Positions 25,862 through 35,475 of a stretch of 64,000 nucleotides of DNA are shown here, in pieces. A model generated the notes under the pieces. It searched no databases, was not told the origin of the DNA, and saw nothing but the letters and a program-made list of their open reading frames with translations. Numbering within the stretch: the stretch's first letter is position 1; each line of letters begins with the position of its first letter. The DNA comes from Solirubrobacterales bacterium (GTDB lineage: Bacteria > Actinomycetota > Thermoleophilia > Solirubrobacterales > 70-9), in contig DATEOT010000052.1 in NCBI GenBank assembly GCA_035273795.1, positions 471 through 64,470 on the forward strand. Direction: 5' to 3'. A program made the position numbers and the translations under genes.

Positions 25862-26935
25862 ATGTGGAGGCTCCGGCTCAGCGACCTCGCCAGCCGCATC
25901 ACCCTGATCGCGGTCTCGATCGCGGTCGGAGCGACCGCGGTCGTCTACGTCTACGTCGTCGCCATCGGGGGCTCCGGCAGCGGTGACGAGAGCGTCAAGC
26001 TGGAGATCCTCGTCGGCGGTTTGATCGCGGTCGCGATCGCCGCCGTGATCGGCCTCTACTACACCCGCGCCGCCGCCAGCAACATCCAGCGCCTGCAGGA
26101 AGCCGCCCGCAAAGTCGCCGACGGCAACTTCGAAACGACGATCCCAGTCGCCTCGGTCGGGCAACTCGGGCAACTCGCCCGCACCTTCAACGAGATGCAG
26201 CGTCGGCTCGCCGAGCTCGACAGCGCCCGCAAGCAGTTCATCGCCAACGCCTCGCACGAGCTGCGCACGCCGATCTTCAGCCTCGGCGGCTTCGTCGAGC
26301 TGCTCGAAGAGGAGGACCCGAGCCCGGAGGAGCGGGAGGAGTTCGTGCGCACGATGCGTCAGCAGATCGAGCGCCTGACGAAGCTGACCACGGACCTGCT
26401 CGACCTCTCACAGCTCGACGCGGGGGCGGTGGTGATGAGGGCCAGTGCCGTGGACCTCACCGTTCTGGCCCGCGAGGTGACGAGGGAGTTCGGGGCCCGT
26501 GCGGATCTGCGCGGATCGCGTCTGCAACTGCGCACCCCCCAGCAGCCCACGATCGCCCTCGGCGACCCTGATCGAGTGCGGCAGATCATCCGTATTCTCC
26601 TCGACAACGCCCTCACCCACACCCCCGAGGGCACCGATGTCACCGTGACCACCTATTCCGCCAACCGCCGCGCCGAGCTGACCGTCTCCGACGATGGTCC
26701 GGGAATCCCGCAGCGCGCCCAGAAGCGGATCTTCGAGCGTTTCTACACGGCGGACAAAGCCGGCGGCTCCGGCCTCGGCCTGGCAATCGCAACCGAGCTG
26801 GCGCAGCGGATGAAGGGTGAGATCACGATCAGCTCAAGCCGCCGTTTCACCGCGTTCACCCTCGATTTGCCGCCCGGTATCCGGCAGACGAGCGCTCCCC
26901 GTCCCTCCCGCGCTCCGATCAAGGCCGGCACGTGA
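25862..26935 (+). CDS. Sensor histidine kinase (HAMP-HisKA-HATPase)
   Basis: TM plus HAMP, H-box FIANASHELRTP, N-box LLDNALTH, and G-boxes DDGPGI and GGSGLGLAI. Confidence 0.9.
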   Translation: MWRLRLSDLASRITLIAVSIAVGATAVVYVYVVAIGGSGSGDESVKLEILVGGLIAVAIAAVIGLYYTRAAASNIQRLQEAARKVADGNFETTIPVASVGQLGQLARTFNEMQRRLAELDSARKQFIANASHELRTPIFSLGGFVELLEEEDPSPEEREEFVRTMRQQIERLTKLTTDLLDLSQLDAGAVVMRASAVDLTVLAREVTREFGARADLRGSRLQLRTPQQPTIALGDPDRVRQIIRILLDNALTHTPEGTDVTVTTYSANRRAELTVSDDGPGIPQRAQKRIFERFYTADKAGGSGLGLAIATELAQRMKGEITISSSRRFTAFTLDLPPGIRQTSAPRPSRAPIKAGT

Positions 26936-28089
26936 GGCGCCTCGCGTTTCTCGCGCTTCTGCTCTGCCTGGGGCTGGTCGCCGGCTGTGGATCGGGCAGC
27001 GAAGACGAGTCAAGCTCGACCGCCCGACCGGAGACGGTGGCCGCCGACGAGACCGACGCCCAGCCGGAAGTCGTGATCGAGACCGCCAGCCCCGGCTTCG
27101 ACGCGGCTCGGGTCTTCGAGGAGGCGGCGCCGGGCGTGGTCACGATCCGGTCGGTCTTCGAGTCGGCGGGCGCCGCCGAGGGCTCCGGCTTCGTCCTCAA
27201 CGCCGACGGGGAGATCGTCACCAACGCCCACGTCGTCACCGACGAATCGGGCGGTGACCGCAAGGCCGCCGACCAGGTCTACGTCGAGTTTTCCGACCGC
27301 AACGTCGTTCCCGCCGAGATCGTCGGCTTCGACCCCTTCGTCGACGTCGCCCTGCTGCGCATCGAGCCCAACGGCTTCGAGCTGCAACCGCTCGGGCTCG
27401 GGAACGACGAGGAGCTCCACGTCGGGCAGCCCGTGGCCGCGATCGGCAGCCCCTTCGGCGAGCAGCAATCGCTCTCGGTCGGGGTCGTCTCGGCCACCGA
27501 TCGCTCGGTGCGATCGCTGACTCAGTTCGAGATCGCCGGCTCGATTCAGACCGACGCCTCGATCAATCCCGGCAACTCCGGCGGGCCCCTGCTCGACGCC
27601 GGCGCCCGCGTGATCGGCATCAACCAGCAGATCGAGACCAGCTCGGGGGCCAACGACGGCGTCGGCTTCGCGGTGCCCATCTCCTCGGTGAAGCGCTCGA
27701 TCGCGCAACTGCGGGAGGACGGCGAGGCCGAATACGCCTACATCGGTGTCTCCAGCCAGGCTCTCTACCCGCAGCTCGCCCGCAAGCTTGGGCTTGACAC
27801 CACCTTCGGCGGGCTGGTCTCAGAAGTGGTCAGCGGCGGCCCGGCGGAGGAGGCCGGGCTCGAGGGCGGCGGCGACAAACTCCGCTTCCAGGCTGCGCAG
27901 TACCGCACCGGTGGAGACGTGATCCTGCAGGTCGACGGACGCGACATCGTCGGTCCCGACGACCTGGCCGAAGTGATCGCCGCCCACCAGCCCGGCGACG
28001 AGGTGACGCTGACCATCCTCCGCGAGGGGGAGCGGGAGCAGATCGAGCTCACCCTCGGCAAGCGGCCGGACAGCCCGTCCCCCGAATAG
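26932..28089 (+). CDS. HtrA/DegP-family S1C serine protease with PDZ domain, lipoprotein (PepD-like)
   Basis: Lipobox LVAGC, catalytic triad context (TNAHVV, DVALLRI, GNSGGPLLD), and a C-terminal PDZ domain. GTGA overlap with the kinase gene. Confidence 0.9.
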   Translation: MRRLAFLALLLCLGLVAGCGSGSEDESSSTARPETVAADETDAQPEVVIETASPGFDAARVFEEAAPGVVTIRSVFESAGAAEGSGFVLNADGEIVTNAHVVTDESGGDRKAADQVYVEFSDRNVVPAEIVGFDPFVDVALLRIEPNGFELQPLGLGNDEELHVGQPVAAIGSPFGEQQSLSVGVVSATDRSVRSLTQFEIAGSIQTDASINPGNSGGPLLDAGARVIGINQQIETSSGANDGVGFAVPISSVKRSIAQLREDGEAEYAYIGVSSQALYPQLARKLGLDTTFGGLVSEVVSGGPAEEAGLEGGGDKLRFQAAQYRTGGDVILQVDGRDIVGPDDLAEVIAAHQPGDEVTLTILREGEREQIELTLGKRPDSPSPE

Positions 28090-28144
28090 ACCCGGCGCGG
28101 CGGCTGGACAGCATGTCGCCGCCCTTCGGTGTAGAACTCCAGCC

Positions 28145-29386
28145 TTGCTTCAGGAAGTCGCCCTCGGCCACAAGACCCTCACCGACTACACCCACATCGT
28201 CGGCAAAGAGCTGACGGAGCAGATCCGCCAGCTCGCGGAGCCGCTTAAAGGGAAGCGGGTGCTGCACGTCAGCGCCACCGCCTTCGGCGGCGGCGTCTCG
28301 GAGATCCTCTACACCCTGGTGCCGCTGATGCGCGACGTCGGCATCGACGCGCACTGGCACGTGATCTTCGGCAAGGAAGAGTTCTACAACGCGACCAAGC
28401 TCCTGCACAACTCCCTCCAGGGGGCCGAGGAGACGCTGAGCGACGAGCAGTGGGAGATCTTCGACGAGATCAACCAGATCAACGCCGACGGCCTGCAGGG
28501 AGAGTGGGACGTCGTCATCGTCCACGACCCACAGCCGATCGGCCTCCTGCGTGGGGCCAGGGCGCAGGGAAAGCACTGGATCTGGCGCTGCCACATCGAC
28601 CTCTCGACGCCGAACCCGGCGCCGATCGCCCGCCTGCTGCCGATGATCGAAGAGTACGACGCGAGCGTCTGGCACATGGAGAAGTACGTCCCCAACGGAA
28701 TGGGCAAGCACCGCGACGAGGTGCGGATCGTGCCCCCGGCGATCGACCCGCTCTCGCCGAAGAACATGGCCTTCTCGCCCGAGGACGCGGCCTTCGTCTG
28801 CCGCCAGTTCGGGATCGACGTCGACCGCCCGCTGATCACCCAGGTCTCGCGCTTCGACCCGTGGAAGGACCCGATCGGCGTCATCGACGCCTACCGCGAG
28901 GTGACCGCGCAGGTGCCCGAGGCGCAACTGGCGATGGTCGGCTCGATGGCCACGGACGACCCCGAGGGGATGGAGTACTTCCAGAAGACCTTCGAATACG
29001 CCGACGGCGACGAGGACATCAAAATCCTCAGCAACCTGAACAACGTCGGTGCGATCGAGGTCAACGCCTTCCAGTCGCAGTCGGACATCTGCCTGCAGAA
29101 GTCGATCCGCGAGGGCTTCGGCCTAACCGTCACCGAGGCCCTCTGGAAGGGGCGGCCGACCATCGCCGGCAACGTCGGCGGCATCCCGCTGCAAATCGAG
29201 GACGGGGTCAGCGGCTTCCTCGTCAACTCCCCCTCCGAGTGCGCCCAGCGCTGCCTGGAGATCCTCGGCGACCCGGAGCTCGGCAAGAAGCTGGGACGAG
29301 AGGGCAAGGAGCACGCCCGTCGCCGTTTCCTCACCCCGCGCCTGCTGCGGGACTGGCTCGACCTGTTCACCGATCTCGACGGCTAG
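28145..29386 (+). CDS. treT: Trehalose glycosyltransferring synthase TreT-like GT4 glycosyltransferase
   Basis: Strong resemblance to archaeal/bacterial TreT as I remember it: HVSATAFGGGVSEIL, WIWRCHIDLS, ITQVSRFDPWKD, NAFQSQSDICLQKSIREGFGLTVTEALWKG. TTG start. Confidence 0.75.
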   Translation: MLQEVALGHKTLTDYTHIVGKELTEQIRQLAEPLKGKRVLHVSATAFGGGVSEILYTLVPLMRDVGIDAHWHVIFGKEEFYNATKLLHNSLQGAEETLSDEQWEIFDEINQINADGLQGEWDVVIVHDPQPIGLLRGARAQGKHWIWRCHIDLSTPNPAPIARLLPMIEEYDASVWHMEKYVPNGMGKHRDEVRIVPPAIDPLSPKNMAFSPEDAAFVCRQFGIDVDRPLITQVSRFDPWKDPIGVIDAYREVTAQVPEAQLAMVGSMATDDPEGMEYFQKTFEYADGDEDIKILSNLNNVGAIEVNAFQSQSDICLQKSIREGFGLTVTEALWKGRPTIAGNVGGIPLQIEDGVSGFLVNSPSECAQRCLEILGDPELGKKLGREGKEHARRRFLTPRLLRDWLDLFTDLDG

Positions 29387-29417
29387 CCGCCGCCCGCGAC
29401 CCCTTAGTCTCTCCGGC

Positions 29418-30899
29418 GTGAGCTCCTCGCCGCTGATCATCGTCTCGAACCGGGGACCGCTCCAGTTCGAGCGCGACGAGAACGGCGAGCGCACGGTCCG
29501 CCGCGGTGGCGGCGGCCTGGTCACCGCGCTCTCCGGGCTCGTCTCCCACCGCGACGCGCTCTGGATCGCCTCGGCGATGACCGACGAGGACGTCGCCGCC
29601 TCCGAAGAAGCCAGCGGCCCGATCGAACAGGAGCTCGACGGGATCGACTACCGCGTCCGCCTCGTCGGCAGCGATCCCGACGCCTACGACCGCTTCTACA
29701 ACGTGATCGCGAACCCGATTCTCTGGTTCATCCAGCACTACCTCTGGGACATCTCCAACGCTCCCGACATCCGCCAGCAGGAGATCGACGCCTGGGACCA
29801 CGGCTACCAGACGGTCAACCAGGACATCGCACGAGCCGTCCTCGCGGAGATCGAGGGACAGGAAGACCCACTGGTGATGCTGCACGACTACCACCTCTAC
29901 ACCGCCCCGGGAATGATCAAGGCCGAGCGCCCGGACGCCTTCCTCCACCACTTCGTCCACATCCCCTGGTCGCAGCCGGACAGCTGGCGGATCCTGCCGA
30001 CGCGGGTCCGCAACGCGATCTTCGAGGGGATGCTGGCCAACGACATCATCGGCTTCCACACCCACGCTTATTGCATCAACTTCCTCCGCTGCTGCGACGA
30101 ACTCCTCGACGGGGTCGAGGTCGACTACCACGCCGCAGAGGTGCGCCACGCCGGCGGCAAGACGGCCGCCCGGGCGTATCCGCTTGGAATCGACGCCGGG
30201 CGACTGCAGCGGGCAGCGTCCTCGCCTGAGGTGGCCGAGGCCGAGCGCGAGGTGCTCGAGCGCCGGCGCCAGCACCTGATCATCCGCGTCGACCGCGCCG
30301 ACCTCTCGAAGAACGTGCTGCGCGGCTTCACCGCCTTCGACACCTTTCTCACCCAGCACCCGGAGTTCCGCGAAAAGGTCACCTTCATCGCCCACCTGCA
30401 GCCTTCGCGGCAGGACGTGCCCGAGTACGCCGAGTACCTGGAGCGGATCGAGGCGCTGGTCGCCGTCGTCAACCATCGCCACGGCACCACCGACTGGATG
30501 CCGATCGACCTGAAGATCTACGAGAACTTCTACGACGCCGTCGCCCGCTACAAGCACTTCGACCTGCTGATGGTCAACTCGCTCTTCGACGGGATGAACC
30601 TGGTCGCAAAGGAGGCACCGGCGGTGAACACCCGTGACGGCGTCCTGATGCTCTCCGAGAACACCGGCTCCCACGAGGAGCTCACCGACTACGTGATCTC
30701 GGTCAACCCCTTCGACATCCAGGAGCAGGCCGACGCGATCCACCGGGCGCTGACGATGGACCCCGACCAGAAGCGCCGGTGGGCCGGGGAGCTGAAGGAG
30801 ATCATCTTCTCCCGTAACCCGGGCGACTGGGTGGACGATCAGCTGAAGGACATCGCGGCAGCTCGACAGGGGGAAGAATCTGCCTCCGCCTCCTCTTAA
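29418..30899 (+). CDS. otsA: Alpha,alpha-trehalose-phosphate synthase (GT20)
   Basis: LIIVSNRGP, GGLVTAL, DYHL and DGMNLVAKE are canonical OtsA motifs. Confidence 0.88.
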   Translation: MSSSPLIIVSNRGPLQFERDENGERTVRRGGGGLVTALSGLVSHRDALWIASAMTDEDVAASEEASGPIEQELDGIDYRVRLVGSDPDAYDRFYNVIANPILWFIQHYLWDISNAPDIRQQEIDAWDHGYQTVNQDIARAVLAEIEGQEDPLVMLHDYHLYTAPGMIKAERPDAFLHHFVHIPWSQPDSWRILPTRVRNAIFEGMLANDIIGFHTHAYCINFLRCCDELLDGVEVDYHAAEVRHAGGKTAARAYPLGIDAGRLQRAASSPEVAEAEREVLERRRQHLIIRVDRADLSKNVLRGFTAFDTFLTQHPEFREKVTFIAHLQPSRQDVPEYAEYLERIEALVAVVNHRHGTTDWMPIDLKIYENFYDAVARYKHFDLLMVNSLFDGMNLVAKEAPAVNTRDGVLMLSENTGSHEELTDYVISVNPFDIQEQADAIHRALTMDPDQKRRWAGELKEIIFSRNPGDWVDDQLKDIAAARQGEESASASS

Positions 30900-30905
30900 A
30901 GAGGA

Positions 30906-31385
30906 GTGCGAGGCATTCGAATTCGGTGGGCGGGGGCGGCGAAGGCGGCGCTGGTCGTCGTCGGCGCGCTGGCTGGGCTGCAGGCGCTGCCCGGGCTCCT
31001 GAAGCCGCCTCAGCCGCCGCCGCTGGATGCGGACGTGGGATTGCCGCAGGTGGCTCCGGCCGTTCAGCCGTCTTCGACGCAGGCGCCTAGGGCGGCCGGT
31101 CCTGTCTCCGATCGGGGGCTCTCCCGATCGGGAGAGTCCTCCCGATCGTCGCCACCCGCCGCAGGAGCGCAGGTGATTGACGGCGAGGGACGGAGGGCCC
31201 CGATGAACCGACGAAAGAAGAAGCGCCTCCCTACGCCTGCCCCGCTTCCGAAGCCGCGGACGGAACCTGTGCCCGCACCGGCTCCGACTCCTCCGGCGCC
31301 GCCGGAACCCGTGGTGGCGCCTGCGCCGGCTCCGGCCCCTCCTGCTCCGGCCGGCGACGGTTCCGAAGAGTTCGCGCCGCGCTAG
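30906..31385 (+). CDS. Hypothetical Pro/Ala-rich membrane-anchored protein
   Basis: GTG start, one N-terminal hydrophobic helix, then low-complexity P/A-rich sequence. It contains a copy of the 64-bp repeat (31098..31161). Coding status is uncertain. Confidence 0.4.
   Translation: MRGIRIRWAGAAKAALVVVGALAGLQALPGLLKPPQPPPLDADVGLPQVAPAVQPSSTQAPRAAGPVSDRGLSRSGESSRSSPPAAGAQVIDGEGRRAPMNRRKKKRLPTPAPLPKPRTEPVPAPAPTPPAPPEPVVAPAPAPAPPAPAGDGSEEFAPR
31098..31161. repeat. About 64-bp palindrome-containing repeat, copy A (family also at 60677..60740)
   Basis: ggtcctgtctccgatcgggggctctcccgatcgggagagtcctcccgatcgtcgccacccgcc is near-identical to the reverse complement of 60677..60740. Its internal arms are gatcgggggctctccc / gggagagtcctcccgatc. 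Confidence 0.8.
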
Positions 31386-31439
31386 GGAGCGGAGCGGGCG
31401 GCCTTCGGCGCCACCTCGCCGCTATAGTCCTTCGCCGTT

Positions 31440-31844
31440 TTGCCCGCACCCCGTGAATACGAGCTGGTCCTGATGCTGGACCCCCAACTGGATGCGCCCG
31501 CGCGCGATGCGCTGGCGCAGGAGGCGCGTGGTCAAATCGAGGCCTCCGGCAGCGTCAAGCACGAGAACGCCTGGGGCCTGCGGAAGATGGCCTACGAGAT
31601 CAACCATCGCACTGAGGCGGATTACCGCTGGCTGCGGTTCGAGGCCCCCAGCGAGCTGCTGGACACGCTGGATCACAACCTGAAGATCGCCGACGGCGTC
31701 CTCCGCTTCCGCATCTTCAAAGTCGATCCCGGCGCGCCGGTGATCGTCCCGCCCGCCGTGACCGCCGCCCCCGGGCCGCGCGAGCGCAGCGCCCAGGGTC
31801 CCCGCGAGGACCGCGGCGACTCCGGCGACGACGCGGACGAGTAG
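31440..31844 (+). CDS. rpsF: 30S ribosomal protein S6
   Basis: REYELVLMLDP N-terminus, WGLRKMAYEI motif, and an acidic C-terminal tail. A TATAGT -10-like hexamer sits just upstream (31423..31428). Confidence 0.9.
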   Translation: MPAPREYELVLMLDPQLDAPARDALAQEARGQIEASGSVKHENAWGLRKMAYEINHRTEADYRWLRFEAPSELLDTLDHNLKIADGVLRFRIFKVDPGAPVIVPPAVTAAPGPRERSAQGPREDRGDSGDDADE

Positions 31845-31952
31845 CGCTCCCGCGGCCCAGCCCCGCTGTTTGCGGAAACCCCCCGTCCGAGGGGGGCGAG
31901 TCGAGCCGGTCGTCTCCTTAGACTGGGACCAGATAAGCGAATCCGCAAGGGA

Positions 31953-32441
31953 GTGAGTGCATTGGCAGCTTCGAACGTAAACGTGGTGGTCGTCACCGGG
32001 AACCTGACCCGGGATCCGGAGCTGCGTCATACCGGCGGTGGCACCGCGGTCTGTGATCTGCGCGTCGCGGTCAACAGTCGCCGCAAGGACCAGAGCGGCA
32101 ACTGGGTCGACAAGCCCAACTACTTCGACGTCACCGTCTGGGGGGCGCAGGGCGAGAACTGCGCCAACTACCTCTCGAAGGGGAGGCCGGTCGCGATCGA
32201 AGGACGGCTGGACTGGCGCGAGTGGGAAGCCAAAGACGGAGGCAAACGCCAAGCGGTTCAGATCGTCGCCAACACGGTGCAGTTCCTCGGCTCGCGCGAC
32301 GGTGGCGGTGGCGGTGGGGCCGGCAACGGCAACGGCGGTGGATTCACTCCGCAGAGCGACGTTCCCGCCGACATGTCGGACTTCAACAGCGCCCCTGCCG
32401 GTGGCGGTGGCGGCGCCTCCGAAGACGACATCCCGTTCTAA
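31953..32441 (+). CDS. ssb: Single-stranded DNA-binding protein
   Basis: OB-fold N-terminus NVVVVTGNLTRDPELRHT, a Gly-rich linker, and the acidic tip DDIPF. Confidence 0.93.
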   Translation: MSALAASNVNVVVVTGNLTRDPELRHTGGGTAVCDLRVAVNSRRKDQSGNWVDKPNYFDVTVWGAQGENCANYLSKGRPVAIEGRLDWREWEAKDGGKRQAVQIVANTVQFLGSRDGGGGGGAGNGNGGGFTPQSDVPADMSDFNSAPAGGGGGASEDDIPF

Positions 32442-32497
32442 GAACCCGTGGGCCTGACAGAGCGCCGCGATGCGGCGCTCTGTAGCATGCGGCGCCG

Positions 32498-32770
32498 ATG
32501 GCTAGAGCAACTGAGTCTTCATCTCGAGGCGGAGCGCGACGCGGCGGCAGGCGTGGCGCCGAGCGTGCGCGTCCGCGCAAATACACCCGGGTCAACTCCG
32601 AGGTCGTCGACTACAAGGACCTGAACCTGCTGCGGCGCTTCCTCTCCGACAAGGGGAAGACTCGCGGGCGCCGGGTCACCGGGCTTTCACGCGCCCACCA
32701 GCGTCAGCTTTCGGTGGCGGTGAAGCGGGCGCGCGAAATCGCCCTGCTTCCCTACGTCGGAGAGCGCTGA
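32498..32770 (+). CDS. rpsR: 30S ribosomal protein S18
   Basis: [18 protein letters not shown]...TG and [11 protein letters not shown] motifs. Confidence 0.92.
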   Translation: MARATESSSRGGARRGGRRGAERARPRKYTRVNSEVVDYKDLNLLRRFLSDKGKTRGRRVTGLSRAHQRQLSVAVKRAREIALLPYVGER

Positions 32771-33222
32771 TGGCGCAGGCAATCCTGCTGCAAGACGTCG
32801 AGTCCCTCGGCGAGCGCGGTCACGTCGTCGACGTCGCCCCCGGCTACCTGCGCAACTTCCTGATCCCGCGCAAGCTGGCCCAGCCGGCCACCGCCGCCGC
32901 CCTCGTCGAAGCGAAACGGCGGATGGAGGCGGCGGAGCGAGCGGAGAAACTGCGGACGGAAAGGGAAACGCAAGCCGCCGGGTTGCTCTCCAAGACCGTG
33001 CTGACGATCCACCAGCGGGCGGGCGAGGACGGCAAGCTGTTCGGCTCGGTCGGCCCGAAGGAGATCACCGACGCCCTGCGCGAGGCCCGCGACCTGCGGA
33101 TCGACAAAAAACAGGTCCTGCTCGAGCAGCCGCTGCGCGAACTCGGCACCTTCATGGTCGAGATCCAGCTCAAAGACGGCACCAACGCCGCCGTCAAGAC
33201 GATCATCAGCGAGGAGAAGTAG
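32770..33222 (+). CDS. rplI: 50S ribosomal protein L9
   Basis: ILLQDVESLGERGHVVDVAPGYLRNFLIPRKLA N-terminal domain. Its ATG overlaps the rpsR stop. Confidence 0.92.
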   Translation: MAQAILLQDVESLGERGHVVDVAPGYLRNFLIPRKLAQPATAAALVEAKRRMEAAERAEKLRTERETQAAGLLSKTVLTIHQRAGEDGKLFGSVGPKEITDALREARDLRIDKKQVLLEQPLRELGTFMVEIQLKDGTNAAVKTIISEEK

Positions 33223-33311
33223 TCCTTCTTCGCCGTCGCAGCTCCGGCTGGGTTCGCTCCGAGCGAGCGACGGTTGGGCTGGCCGCTGTTTCCCTGGCTG
33301 CCGCCGGCACC

Positions 33312-33914
33312 GTGATCACGGGACAGTTCAGCCGCATGCTCGCTCGCCGTGCGGCCGAGGCGCACGATCCGGAAGAGCTGCTCGAATCCGCTCCGGCCGC
33401 CGCCGCCGACACCGTCGGAGTGGCGGTCCGCGGCTACAGCGAGGCGCCGCGCTACGAAACCGTCCTCTTCAACCTCCTGGCGGGCTTCCTCGGCTCCTTT
33501 GCTCTTGTCCGTCTCTCGACCTGGGCGATCCGCGAGGAACGCGGTCCCTTCCGCAACGTCAAGATCCGGGGCCGCCACATCCACCATTTCGTCCCGGGGA
33601 TCCTGCTCGCCTTCACTTCTGGCACCGCCGGCCTGCTCACCGACGACGACAAGCTCGAGCAGCAGCTGGCGGTTCCGATGGGCGCCGGCATCGGCCTCAC
33701 CTTCGACGAGGCCGCCCTCCTCCTCGACCTCCGCGACGTCTACTGGAGCCGCGAAGGCCTTCTCAGCATCCAGCTCTCCCTCGGCGCCACCGCGATCCTC
33801 AGCATCGCCATCCTCACGCTCCGCATGCTCCGCCGCGGCGAGCGCCGCCAGGAGCAGGAGGGCCTGATCCCACCCTCCCAGCACCACCAGCTCTCCTTCG
33901 GAACTGCCGCATAA
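33312..33914 (+). CDS. Hypothetical integral membrane protein
   Basis: 200-aa ORF with about 4 predicted TM helices and a HIHHFVPG motif. It sits between rplI and dnaB, as membrane proteins often do in actinobacterial versions of this locus. Confidence 0.5.
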   Translation: MITGQFSRMLARRAAEAHDPEELLESAPAAAADTVGVAVRGYSEAPRYETVLFNLLAGFLGSFALVRLSTWAIREERGPFRNVKIRGRHIHHFVPGILLAFTSGTAGLLTDDDKLEQQLAVPMGAGIGLTFDEAALLLDLRDVYWSREGLLSIQLSLGATAILSIAILTLRMLRRGERRQEQEGLIPPSQHHQLSFGTAA

Positions 33915-34050
33915 ACGTCACGGACGTGTGAATTCTTTTTGACGGCTTTTGCACGGAAGCGACGCATGGTCGCTTGCCGCCTCTGGTTTGCTTGCAGAGC
34001 CTCCCGTCCCGTCCCAAGTTCCGCCGCCCCGGCGCCTTTACTGAGACCTG

Positions 34051-35475
34051 ATGCCGCAGCCTCCCACTAGCCACGTCCCGCCGCAGAACATCGAGGCCGA
34101 GGAGTCGGTGCTGGGAGCGATGCTGGTCGCCGAGCCGACGCTGACCCGGGTGATCGACGAGGTGAAGCTGAACGCGGCCGACTTCTACCTCGACAAGCAC
34201 CGGCTGATCTTCGAAGTGGTCCACGACCTCTACGCAGCGTCGCAGCCGGTCGACGAGCTCACCGTCAGCGAGGCGCTGACCCAGCGCAACAAGATCGACG
34301 AAGCGGGCGGCAGGCACTACGTCTCGGAGCTGGCGGCGAAAGTCCCCGCCGCCGCCAACGCCAAGCACTACGCGGAGATCGTCCAGCAGAACTCGCTGTT
34401 GCGGCGCCTGCTAGGCGCCGGGCAGGAGATCCAGGGCTGGGTCAACGAGCGCGACGGAGAGCCGCGGGAGCTCTCGGAGCGGGCCGAGAAGCTGCTCTTC
34501 GAGGTCGCCCACAAAGAGCAGGCGAGCGACTTCAAAATGCTGGGGGAGATTCTCCACGACGAGGTCGACCGGCTGGAGAAGCTCTCCACCGGCGAGACCG
34601 AACTGACCGGCACTCCCTCCGGCTTCCGCGACGTCGACGCGGTCACCGGCGGCTTCCAGCCCGGCAACCTGATCATCGTCGCCGCCCGCCCGGCGATGGG
34701 GAAGAGCGCGCTCGTCGCCAACATCGCCGAAAACGTCGCGGTGAAGAAGGGGCAGGCGGTCGCCTTCTTCTCGCTCGAGATGTCCGAGGTCGAGCTGGCG
34801 CAACGGTTCATCGCCTGCCGCGCCCGTATCGGCGGCGACAAGCTGCGCAAGGGACAGGTCTCCAAACGCGACTGGCCGAAGGTCCTGCGCGCCTGCAACG
34901 AGCTGGAAGAGGCGCCCCTGTGGTTCGACGACTCCTCCGACCTCGGGATCCTCGACCTGCGGGCGAAGGCGCGGCGGCTGCACGCCCAGGAACAGGACCG
35001 CGGCGGCCTCGGCCTGATCATCCTCGACTACATCCAGCTGATGCGCTCCGACGACCACCGCGCCAACCGGGTCGAGCAGGTCGGCCAGATCAGCCGCGGG
35101 CTGAAGATCCTCGCCCGTGAGCTGGAGGTGCCGGTGGTTGCGATCTCGCAGCTCTCGCGCGCGCCCGAGCAACGAACGCCGCCGAAGCCGCAGCTCTCCG
35201 ACCTGCGCGAGTCGGGCCAGATCGAGCAGGACGCCGACGTCGTCGCCTTCCTCTATCGCGAGGACTACTACCGCGATCCCGACGAGGAGCCCGACGGCCT
35301 TGCCGACCTGATCATCGCCAAGCATAGGAACGGCCCGATCGGGACCAGAAAGCTGGTCTTCCTCGACCGGTATCCCAAATTCGCCGACCAGGCTCACCAG
35401 GAGGCGCCGATCGAACAGCCCGCCGGCGAAGCTCCTCCCTACGAGGACGCGGCGGCGGCGGGGCCTGACTTCTGA
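34051..35475 (+). CDS. dnaB: Replicative DNA helicase DnaB
   Basis: PPQNIEAEESVLGAML N-terminus, Walker A ARPAMGKSA, Walker B LIILDYIQLM, and SQLSRAPEQR. There is no intein. Confidence 0.95.
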   Translation: MPQPPTSHVPPQNIEAEESVLGAMLVAEPTLTRVIDEVKLNAADFYLDKHRLIFEVVHDLYAASQPVDELTVSEALTQRNKIDEAGGRHYVSELAAKVPAAANAKHYAEIVQQNSLLRRLLGAGQEIQGWVNERDGEPRELSERAEKLLFEVAHKEQASDFKMLGEILHDEVDRLEKLSTGETELTGTPSGFRDVDAVTGGFQPGNLIIVAARPAMGKSALVANIAENVAVKKGQAVAFFSLEMSEVELAQRFIACRARIGGDKLRKGQVSKRDWPKVLRACNELEEAPLWFDDSSDLGILDLRAKARRLHAQEQDRGGLGLIILDYIQLMRSDDHRANRVEQVGQISRGLKILARELEVPVVAISQLSRAPEQRTPPKPQLSDLRESGQIEQDADVVAFLYREDYYRDPDEEPDGLADLIIAKHRNGPIGTRKLVFLDRYPKFADQAHQEAPIEQPAGEAPPYEDAAAAGPDF

